Below, piece after piece: positions 38,801-45,243 of a DNA stretch of 64,000 nucleotides; position 1 is the stretch's first letter, and each line of letters opens with the position of its first letter. The stretch comes from Abditibacteriaceae bacterium (GTDB lineage Bacteria; Armatimonadota; Abditibacteriia; Abditibacteriales; Abditibacteriaceae), in assembly GCA_031425655.1 (NCBI GenBank), contig JANPJS010000312.1, positions 25,062-89,061 of the forward strand, in the 5' to 3' direction. The notes beneath the pieces are model-generated. The model was given only the letters and a program-made list of their open reading frames with translations, did not search any database and was not told where the DNA came from. The translations under genes were made by a program, and so were the position numbers.

Positions 38801-38995
38801 TTCGATTTCTTCGCGGTCGCGCACGGCGCCGGCAACCAGCGCCGCCCGGTAAAGTTCGAGCGCGCGGGCGTAGCTTTTCTCGTTCCACGCGGCGTCGGCT
38901 TGTTTCACAACGTCCTCCTGCGCGCTTGCCGGTCGCGGCAAAAACAGCGCGCCGAGCAAGGCCAAAAATATCATCCAAAGCGTTAAGCGTTTCAT
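32819..38995 (-). CDS. Bacterial alpha-2-macroglobulin family protein with N-terminal TPR region
   Basis: TDRPVYRP, VEEYKRPEF, VRSNFAETAFW, FPDSLTQW, PYGCVEQT (thioester CxEQ), DGGWGWW, RAEIPGRFHALP..AMYAPE. Confidence 0.93.
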   Translation of the reverse strand: MKRLTLWMIFLALLGALFLPRPASAQEDVVKQADAAWNEKSYARALELYRAALVAGAVRDREEIEYRIAVSLGKTEKWDEAFASANTLLGKTEWKARIYYWLGRLYTVVPHQGYKVGGKTYRGQDYPKVEGAEKPVQVYLGEEDAQATLDYFEKAKVQAQQEREWAKTRRYLVAIHPMAWDEENDLNFDLAAYLPTREQSKFIEALEKAWKDGRKKLDETVDQSLPYDPKWNLPTKVLYLYNEIRALDQGADKHDTVLSLLAKGMFVRAYRQQMQGWANWYDPDKKTYITREYPFDHLEAIPIWREVIEKFPRDPIADRVLILIAQTHQQNGDQVKSLAAYRELLDKFPKSKWTSDARAQIQQITRREISLDTMGQQKPGEAAKITVNTRNLKSVKFTAYRVQLEKIIAQDAKLNQPNLQFTEWDRNFGSIANARQYFGEKAGEWTFNSKDKGDYQGVNETIDTPLKELGAYAIVAEGDGIRTARVLLISDLAILKKTDRDEALAFVADARSGAPINGANVILKETYWENSANHVDLAKGTSGEVGFFEKKLVRGPNRNSQQVQAFAWVGNRYALTGSNYYGGYYGGNREEAKVYSYTDRPVYRPNQKVYFRQILTKRVAGGDQAPMVGVEVNVTVTNPKGENIFTKKLTTSEFGTVNGEFMLPMETPLGEYTVQAHVPQTKQNVAAHGANRFRVEEYKRPEFIVTVDAPDNAVKPGETVAAKINAKYYFGSPVPNATVKYTVRRSRWWANYRFPQPFAWLYSYWGVGDYNTGRRNIGGEGAGEIIKEGTVKTDAQGNAEVSFATKREEVSETDWWQRYSNPLYTIEAEVTDSSRRTIEGQGEVRVANQQYFAFLNAKQGYYISGDRVQIEIVTQDANDKPQSTAGKMVVYKLLPDNKEEKIFEEAIRTDEKGRAIWTWPTDNAGHFRIAWESTDDWGNKVVGSTTIWVAGPGLNNTQFRLQGVTIVLDKRNYEEGDTAKVLLIADSPGSTVLLTQESGGDILRRDVIFIEGKSKEITIPIEHRHVPNFAIAAAMVKNFQVYQAQQEVFVPPTKQFLDISVKGDKSEYKPGEKGTFTIAAKDWKGNPARAEVSVAMIDASLFYIQKDYAPDIRLFYYGERRANSVNLDSHRSGQPQGHTEDDQKYQNYEQHGWEFPDELGQLNLPPGQFGYYGRYNRRLGMRGAENFMLADGAVSANSAMAMPASAPMASAAGGLGGAPMETMAKAARKESAGDKKDQRQAGETQLATAQVRSNFAETAFWSPAVVTEGGTAKVEVTFPDSLTQWHATARGVTPNVQVGAGENDVETKKNLLVRLQAPRFFVERDQVVLTANVHNYLKSAKRVKIALDLGSGLEVEAKPETNLATGEMFKAASGFIEVKAGEEARVNWVVNVTRDGDTHVQMTAQTDEDADAVKMNFPVLVHGIQRFASQSGVLKNGVNSATATINLPKERRFGATSLNVQLNPSLAATMMDALPYLADYPYGCVEQTLSRFMPTVLVQKTLSDSGVNLATLKARAQAYEAEAKAAPIGERVKNTGYTYPTGMPNSRDLQQMASRMWWTSHRGSNPVYDQAVVNQMTKEGLDRLYGMQRGDGGWGWWPGSSQSDEYMTAYVMWGLATAKAAEVKVRDDVLNRGFAYLEKQMTDEDNLHLLTWMAHALSLRGKMGDAAQKVVAGRLFTQRERLTPYSQALLALALSNSGEKDKAGVMVRNLENTALVDAANGTARWKMANQWWYWWNDDVETNAWALKAFLQIDPKNAMVDRSMKWLVTKSRGNHWRSTKATAMAVSALNDYVRVNKELDVDYTLTVTLNDRIKRSYRVTADNMLFFDNRFISGDLFLADGANKVTIEKQGRGNVYWSAASEYFSLEEPIKASGNAIAIKRRYFKLTRNPEVKPEQGAGAATTTAPAVASAKIAVGGRGIMPPFPRPRPAEPPKQEFTRTEIKDGATLVSSDLIEVELTLDADNDYSYLVFEDMKAAGLEAVDLRSGSAWGDGLCSNVELRDTKVALFVDHLPQGVRVLRYRMRAEIPGRFHALPTNGYAMYAPEVRAISDETRLSVKD

Positions 38996-39302
38996 TGCAG
39001 TTCCTTTTCTAAACGCGATTTGTGACCGGCGAGATGAGGCTTGTGTTCCACCGCGCCAGTTTAACCGTGCTGGCAGACGCAGCGCGGCGGCGCGCTGTGG
39101 TCAAGTCGAAGCACGCTATCGCTGGTAGGAAGTGGAAATCGAGCGGTCAAAGCTGGAAATTGACCGGTCGAAATGGGAAATCGCCTGTCAGCTTTGCAAA
39201 TGCAGACGCCAGACGTGAGAAAGCTGTCTCCAAAAGGTGGGCAGCCATAGATTAACGAATAGAGTGGCGTTGGGACAGGACTAAGAGGATGAGTGTGGTA
39301 TC

Positions 39303-39503
39303 TGTCATTCCGCGCGGGCGCCCTCTGGGCAGGGCAATCGCATTAGAAAATTGGGAGGCCAAAGAGAGTGTCATTCCGAGCGGAGTTTCGAGTCCTGCCC
39401 AAAGGGCACCCGGCGAGAAATGCAGTCGAGGAATGACAGCCTTTTGCTGTTCTCAAATCCTAATGCGATTGCCCTGCCCAGAGGGCGCCCGCGCGGAACG
39501 ACA
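39303..39503. repeat. Nested TGTCATTCCG-type palindromic element
   Basis: Outer arms TGTCATTCCGCGCGGGCGCCCTCTGGGCAGGGCAATCGCATTAG and its reverse complement; inner TGTCATTCCGAG...GGAATGACA at 39369-39438. Confidence 0.8.
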
Positions 39504-39539
39504 CTCGCTGTTGCCACCACTTGCGTTCGTGCTGTCGCG

Positions 39540-40031
39540 TCACACTCTCACTTCAAAGCGCAAATGCACTCTATCGAGGAGTGTGGCGGGCTGGTTGTAA
39601 TTGTTCAGTTCCCAAAGCAGCAGATTGAGCACGTGAACCCCTGGGTGCATGACGGAAGGCAGGCGATGTCCCATTTCCAGTCTCACGCGCTCGCCCGGTC
39701 TCACCGCGAACATCTGCGAACTCAGCATCGGCCAGTCAGTGTCTCTGGCGGCGAGGCCGTCCACCGGGTTCTCAAACAGGCAGCCTGGCCCAAAGAAGGC
39801 GGTGATGGTCAACTGCGTCCCAATTCTATCACCGTTGTTATCCACCCAACTCCAGTAACGCATGAACTCACCGGGCTTTGGGTTGTCCCACATATTCGAC
39901 CAAAAGTGAGGGCCGCCCACGGCTACCGTCTGCAGGTCGGCCACGTGTAGGGACTCAAATTCCTCTGTCTGCGCCTCCGCTTGGAATTGCGCCATTTCCG
40001 TCTCTCGGTCTGTGTAAGGCTGCGTGTTCAT
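39540..40031 (-). CDS. Hypothetical protein with double-glycine-leader-like N-terminus
   Basis: AAAGGAG RBS; acidic N-terminus ending FESLHVADLQTVAVGG. Confidence 0.55.
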   Translation of the reverse strand: MNTQPYTDRETEMAQFQAEAQTEEFESLHVADLQTVAVGGPHFWSNMWDNPKPGEFMRYWSWVDNNGDRIGTQLTITAFFGPGCLFENPVDGLAARDTDWPMLSSQMFAVRPGERVRLEMGHRLPSVMHPGVHVLNLLLWELNNYNQPATLLDRVHLRFEVRV

Positions 40032-40219
40032 GGTTCGCTCCTTTGTGATGTGGGGCCTATTGAATTACTGCAACTGCCTCGTCGTCGCCCCAGACACGGG
40101 CGATGGCAGTCTAAACCTTCTCAAAGCGCGTTACCAATTCGCGGCTTAATCCAGCCTTCACTTTGCGAGGAGCAGCCATATTGATAACCTCACGCAGAGT
40201 TTTGGTGGGAAAGGAAAAC

Positions 40220-41266
40220 ATGAAAAAAGTGAAAGTCGGAATTGTGGGCATGGGCATCGGGCGGCCCAACGCGCAGGCGATTGAAGCCAATCCGCGCGGC
40301 GAAGTGGCCGCGTTGTGCGACCTCGACACGGCGCGCATGGACGATTTTGAAAAAGATTTGGGCCACGAAGTCAAGAAATATACCGACTTCAAAGAAATGT
40401 GTCGCGACAAAGAATTGGACGCGATTTTCGTCGGCACACCGAACCAGTTGCACGTTCCGATTGGCCTCGAAGCCATCAAAAACGGCAAGCACCTCATGAT
40501 TACCAAGCCGCTTGCCGATTCGCTGGGCGCCGCGCAAAAAATCGTTAAAGCCGCCGAAGCCGCAGGCGTGGTCAACATGATGTCGCTCAGCACGCGCTTT
40601 GGCCCCGGCTGCCGCTATTTGCACAAGCAGAAAGACGCGGGCGTTTTCGGCGACATTTATTATGCGCGGGCGCGCAGCGTGCGTCGCAGCGGTATTCCGG
40701 CGTGGAACATGGGGTTTCTGCACGCCGGCGGCGGCGCCTTCCGCGATATGGGCGTTCACGTTTTGGATGCCAGTTGGGCGCTGCTCGGACTCCCGCAGCC
40801 GGTTTCGGTGACGGGCGTAGCGGGCGCGAAATTCGGCCCGCGCGGGCAGGGCTACATGAATTACGAGGCGATTGACAAGAAGATTTACTCGCAATACGCC
40901 GCCGATGATTACGGCGGCGGTTTTATTCGCTTTGAAAACGGCGCGGGGCTGCAAGTCGAGAGTTTCTGGGCCTGCCACAACGCCGACGAGTTTCAAATCG
41001 AGCTGTTCGGTAGCGAAGGCGGCGCGAAATTATCGCCGCTCACGATTTATAAAACCGTGGACGGCGCGCCGGTTGACAGCGTCGTGAAACTGCCGCAGCG
41101 CGTGAAAAACGAAGACTGGCAGAACATCGCCGACCATTTCATCGCGTGCATCGCCGACGGCCAAAAATGCGAAGCGCCACTGCGTCACGGAATGCAAGTG
41201 CAGGAAATGATGGAAGCTCTCTTGAAAAGCGGCGAAACCGGCAAAGAAGTGCGCTTGGCGAAGTAA
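40220..41266 (+). CDS. Gfo/Idh/MocA family oxidoreductase
   Basis: VGIVGMG, GTPNQLH, GKHLMITKP, GGGAFRDMGVHVLD; AAGGA RBS before ATG 40220. Confidence 0.9.
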   Translation: MKKVKVGIVGMGIGRPNAQAIEANPRGEVAALCDLDTARMDDFEKDLGHEVKKYTDFKEMCRDKELDAIFVGTPNQLHVPIGLEAIKNGKHLMITKPLADSLGAAQKIVKAAEAAGVVNMMSLSTRFGPGCRYLHKQKDAGVFGDIYYARARSVRRSGIPAWNMGFLHAGGGAFRDMGVHVLDASWALLGLPQPVSVTGVAGAKFGPRGQGYMNYEAIDKKIYSQYAADDYGGGFIRFENGAGLQVESFWACHNADEFQIELFGSEGGAKLSPLTIYKTVDGAPVDSVVKLPQRVKNEDWQNIADHFIACIADGQKCEAPLRHGMQVQEMMEALLKSGETGKEVRLAK

Positions 41267-41320
41267 TGGCCTTCATTTTCGGATGAGAAATGGGCGGCGC
41301 GGTGGCACAGCAGCGAATTA

Positions 41321-42595
41321 ATGAAAGTTTCGATTTGTAACCCATTGTGCCGCACGCCGCTCGCGCTGATCGTAGACGATTCGTGCCCGGTTATTAACCT
41401 CGCGTATTATTGGATTAAGCAACGGCACGAATGGAAACAACGCCATCATCCCGGCATCGCGCCCGAAGCATGGGAAGGCGACGCGGCCAAAGTGGAAGCG
41501 ATGCCGCGAACCATTCCCGCCGATTTTGCGGCAAAATGGGGCGAGTGGTGTGGCGAACAGGGCGTCAAGGGCAAATTCAGCCTGATTCCATTCCCGGCAG
41601 GCGTCGGCAGAATTGATCAGGGTTTTGACGATTTTTCACGCGCCGAATTAGAAAATTGGCTCCGAGTCTCGCGCGAAATCATCGCGCCGAACTTCGATCT
41701 CACGCCCGAAGTGCTGACGCATACGCACGTTGTTGACCTCAAAACCGGGTGCCTGACTGAAGAATGGGAGCAGGTCGAATGGGTTGATCCGCCGGTCGAA
41801 CGCTTAACCGAATACATCCGCGCGGCGATGCAGATGTTGAAAAACGTGGGCATTTCTTGCGAAGGCGTGACCAGTCCCGGCGCCTTCGGAAAAAAGCGCG
41901 AATCGGCTTATGCGAAGGCCGTTCTGGATGCGGTGCTTGCGGTTAACGGCAACGCGCGCCCGTTTTATTTTCTGTGGCTCAAAGACGACGAAATGCCCGA
42001 TGTTCCGCTGTGGCACATCGAAAAAGAACGTGGAATTGCTATCGCCAGCATCGTGAGTTGCGCGGGCGACTGGTTCGGCGGATGGACGGGCTGCGATGCC
42101 GGCGATCCCGACCTTTTCATTACCGAAGATTTGCAAGGCGGGCGCTTGCCGCCCGTTTTGCACGCGGAGCGTCCGTGCATTTTGACCGGACATTGGCCCG
42201 GCTTTTACTTTGGCGGCGAAGAGGTCGGTTTTGATGTTCTCAAAGAAGTCAAGCGCCGCCTTGATTTTTTCGACCCGGACGGCACGCGCACGCTGTGGAT
42301 GAAAACCAGCGAAATCGGACATTACGAAATGGCGCGTCAACTCAGCGAGATTTCCAACGAAGTGAGTGACGCGGGGTCGGAAACCATCGCCATCCGCACG
42401 CAATTCCCGACGGCGTGCTTCACGGTTGCGCTTGATGCGAAGCTGCGGCGCGTTCAAATTAATGGCCGCGATTTGCGCGAAGTGCAATCGAAACGCGATT
42501 TTCAAAATGGCACGTTTTACATCGAAGGCCGCCAAACGCTTGTCGCTTTCGATTTGCCGACTGGGCGCACCGATATTCGATGCGACAAGGTCTAA
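41321..42595 (+). CDS. Hypothetical protein, possibly polysaccharide-deacetylase-like barrel
   Basis: Long ORF in co-oriented run; VDD, THTH and GHW residues resemble NodB-like metal sites (weak). Confidence 0.5.
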   Translation: MKVSICNPLCRTPLALIVDDSCPVINLAYYWIKQRHEWKQRHHPGIAPEAWEGDAAKVEAMPRTIPADFAAKWGEWCGEQGVKGKFSLIPFPAGVGRIDQGFDDFSRAELENWLRVSREIIAPNFDLTPEVLTHTHVVDLKTGCLTEEWEQVEWVDPPVERLTEYIRAAMQMLKNVGISCEGVTSPGAFGKKRESAYAKAVLDAVLAVNGNARPFYFLWLKDDEMPDVPLWHIEKERGIAIASIVSCAGDWFGGWTGCDAGDPDLFITEDLQGGRLPPVLHAERPCILTGHWPGFYFGGEEVGFDVLKEVKRRLDFFDPDGTRTLWMKTSEIGHYEMARQLSEISNEVSDAGSETIAIRTQFPTACFTVALDAKLRRVQINGRDLREVQSKRDFQNGTFYIEGRQTLVAFDLPTGRTDIRCDKV

Positions 42596-42606
42596 AGCAG
42601 CAATTT

Positions 42607-44895
42607 ATGACTAACTTCCACTTCAAACCGGCGGCGCTCGTGACGTTATGCGCGCTGGCCAATGTGACCGGTTGCGCTTATGCTCAAGAGCCGTCGCCTT
42701 CGGCCCTTCCCGCCGGAACCGTTCGCCAAATCAAAGTGCTGCCGGATAAGGCCGCCGATACTTCTACGCTGCAATCCATCGTGCAAAGCGTGACGCGCGG
42801 CGCCAAAACCAACGACGAAAAGGCCATTGCGCTTTACAATTTTGCAACGCTGGCGAACTATCATCGCGCTTATCCCAGCGAGCCGAACGGCGTCGAGGCG
42901 TTGAAGCAGTTCAACGTCTACGGTTGGAGCTTGTGCGGCGGTTTGCATTCGGGTTTGGGCGCCCTTTATCGCGCGATGGGCTGGGAATGGCGCTTCGTCG
43001 GCTGGAACAACCCCGGACACACCACTATCGAGGCCAAATACGACGGCCAATGGCATTATCTCGACACGTTTTTGAAGTTCTACGTTTGGAAAAAAGACCC
43101 CAACGCGCCCGGCGGACGCACCATCGCCAGCCAAGACGACATCAAGCGCGAACCTTCGCTGGTAACCAACTTAATCTTCGATAAATCGCGCAAAGTCTAT
43201 TATCAGCCGAACGACCAATTCGAGATTATCAACGAAAAAGCCAACTGGCTGGCGCCGGCCTTTCTGGTGTGCGGCGACGAAGTTTCGGGCGTTTTAAGCG
43301 GCATCAAAAGCAACAGCTTAGCGGGCAGTCCGACCTCGTGGGAAAGCATTAAATTCGATGGGCCTTACTCGACCGACGTGAATTTGGCGCCCGGCACTTC
43401 GCTGACGCTGAATTGGAAGGCGGACGCCGACGCGTATTGGTGGGACGGTCACAACGAAGCGCCTGGCCACACCTGCGGCAACAAAGACTATCGTAATTCG
43501 CCGGTTTTGGGGCCGATTTTAGAGCCGTATATTGGCTCCGGCGGCGCCACGCGCGGCTACGCCAACGGCACCTTGTTAATCGCGCCCGACTTGTCCAAAG
43601 CCTCTGTTCTTTCGAGTTTGGCGATGCACGACAATGTGCAATGGGAAGCGGGCCGTTTAGTGCCCAAAGACGCCGCGAAGCCCGCCTCGATCACGCTGCG
43701 TTTGCAGTCGCCTTATGTGATGACACGCGCGACGGGTTCGGCGACCGGCGCTGATAAAGCCGAACTTTCCAGCGATGGCGGCAAAAGTTGGAAAGCCATT
43801 CAATTGACGGATTTTTCAAAAGAATCGCGCGGCCAGTATGACGTTTTGGTGCGCCTCGCTTTTGGCAAGGCGTTGACGGCTTTGCGCTTGGAAGCGACCG
43901 TCCAGCACAATCGTTCGGTTGCGCCTTATCTTTCGCCCGGCAAAAACGTGGTGGCGGTTTCCGCCGAAGACGTGAAGCAGTTGGGCGATAACCGTTTGGT
44001 AGTGACTTACGCTTATCAACTCGGCTTCCGCTCGAAATCGTTCGAGGAAATCGCCGAGCGCGATGCCAATGTCGGTCAGGGACTTTATGCGACGTGGTCG
44101 CCAACCACAACTGTTATTCAGAAAGAGTTCACGTCGCAAGATTTGCCGGCCAATATCACTATTGATGTGCCGACAACCAAAGGCAAATATGCGGTTTATC
44201 CGCGAATGCTGTTCATGCGCCGCGAGATCGTGCCTGCTGGCTCCAAGCCGCTGCCTTTGCCCGAAGGCGCCATCGCGCCGCGTAGCGCGCCGGATGATGA
44301 TCTGAAAGAAATGCCCAACCCGTTTCTTATTGGCACCAATTTGCCGCCGGTTAAAGTGGCGAGGCCCACGACGACGCGCCGCATCGCTTTGCAGACGAGC
44401 CACGCCGTCGGAAATAAAGGCGAAGTGTTCCCCTCCGACCATGTGCTGCGCTGGTATAAGGACAGCAGCGTGATTTCAGTTCTGCTCATCGGCGGCGAGA
44501 TTAAAGATTTGCCGTCGCCGCGCGCCATCGCCGGAGCGCGTCTGGTGCTGCCGGTTGCGCTGGGACACGAAAAAGCGCCCACTCGCTTAGATGTCGTGGC
44601 GCTCAATCAGGCTTTTGCGCCCAATGTGGCTTATGATTTGAAGAATTTGGGCGACGCGATGGGCACGGTCACCATCGCTCAGCAGCCCGCCGGACTGGCC
44701 GCATATAATCCGCCGAAAGAATATAAGGTAGATGTGACGCGCTATGTCAAAACTTTAGCCGCCGGAGAAACGAAGTTCGCGGGTTGTGCGCTGCGTGTTG
44801 TGCCGGATAAAAGCGTGGATGACGGCTGGACAGTCAAAGCGCAACTCGCTAAAGGCGCGCCGCTTTACTTGGAAGTGGATGTCTACGCTGATTAA
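42607..44895 (+). CDS. Secreted transglutaminase-like (Cys-His-Asp) domain protein
   Basis: Signal peptide; TNDEKAIALYNF, SLCGG, PGHT, YDGQWHYLD. Confidence 0.65.
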   Translation: MTNFHFKPAALVTLCALANVTGCAYAQEPSPSALPAGTVRQIKVLPDKAADTSTLQSIVQSVTRGAKTNDEKAIALYNFATLANYHRAYPSEPNGVEALKQFNVYGWSLCGGLHSGLGALYRAMGWEWRFVGWNNPGHTTIEAKYDGQWHYLDTFLKFYVWKKDPNAPGGRTIASQDDIKREPSLVTNLIFDKSRKVYYQPNDQFEIINEKANWLAPAFLVCGDEVSGVLSGIKSNSLAGSPTSWESIKFDGPYSTDVNLAPGTSLTLNWKADADAYWWDGHNEAPGHTCGNKDYRNSPVLGPILEPYIGSGGATRGYANGTLLIAPDLSKASVLSSLAMHDNVQWEAGRLVPKDAAKPASITLRLQSPYVMTRATGSATGADKAELSSDGGKSWKAIQLTDFSKESRGQYDVLVRLAFGKALTALRLEATVQHNRSVAPYLSPGKNVVAVSAEDVKQLGDNRLVVTYAYQLGFRSKSFEEIAERDANVGQGLYATWSPTTTVIQKEFTSQDLPANITIDVPTTKGKYAVYPRMLFMRREIVPAGSKPLPLPEGAIAPRSAPDDDLKEMPNPFLIGTNLPPVKVARPTTTRRIALQTSHAVGNKGEVFPSDHVLRWYKDSSVISVLLIGGEIKDLPSPRAIAGARLVLPVALGHEKAPTRLDVVALNQAFAPNVAYDLKNLGDAMGTVTIAQQPAGLAAYNPPKEYKVDVTRYVKTLAAGETKFAGCALRVVPDKSVDDGWTVKAQLAKGAPLYLEVDVYAD

Positions 44896-44947
44896 CCGCA
44901 GTGATGCGCCGGAGCCGATTGTCTCTGAAAGTTGCGACCCTGGCGAC

Positions 44948-44985
44948 AAAAAGGCCGCTTTCCTCGAAAGGAAAGCGGCCTTTTT
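44948..44985. terminator. Bidirectional intrinsic terminator
   Basis: AAAAAGGCCGCTTTCCT-CGAA-AGGAAAGCGGCCTTTTT. Confidence 0.85.
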
Positions 44986-45001
44986 AAGTTTTCTCAAGAA
45001 C

Positions 45002-45073
45002 TGGGCGATGCAGGTTTCGAACCTGCGACCTCCTCGGTGTGAACGAGGCGCTCTCCCACTGAGCTAATCGCCC
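45002..45073 (-). tRNA. tRNA-Val (anticodon CAC), CCA not encoded
   Basis: GGGCGATTAGCTCAGTGGGAGAGCGCCTCGTTCACACCGAGGAGGTCGCAGGTTCGAAACCTGCATCGCCCA folds as a cloverleaf. Confidence 0.95.
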
Positions 45074-45093
45074 GGACTGTCAATGCTTGAAGA

Positions 45094-45122
45094 ATTATAG
45101 CGAGGCGAGGCTTCTTTTTCAA
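45094..45122 (-). promoter_or_regulatory. Sigma70 promoter of tRNA-Val
   Basis: TTGAAA-17 nt-TATAAT on the minus strand. Confidence 0.7.
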
Positions 45123-45243
45123 GCAGGGCAAACGCATTGCCCTGCTAACCCCGATTTCAACCGGAAGAAAAGAGCTATGCGTTCGCCCTCTTTCAAGTTT
45201 CAGCCACGGCGCCGAAAATGGCGCTTCGTTAAAATCTCTCCTT

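Noticed and set aside
39024..39049. GGAAC-17 nt-GGTC as an ECF promoter for the A2M gene
   Set aside because: Too short and seen only once; cannot be supported from this window.
39351..39950. 199-aa plus-strand ORF
   Set aside because: Starts inside a palindromic repeat with no RBS; the opposite-strand ORF has a strong RBS.
45002..45073. tRNA-Val as an integration site
   Set aside because: No integrase gene and no duplicated tRNA 3' end noticed in the window.
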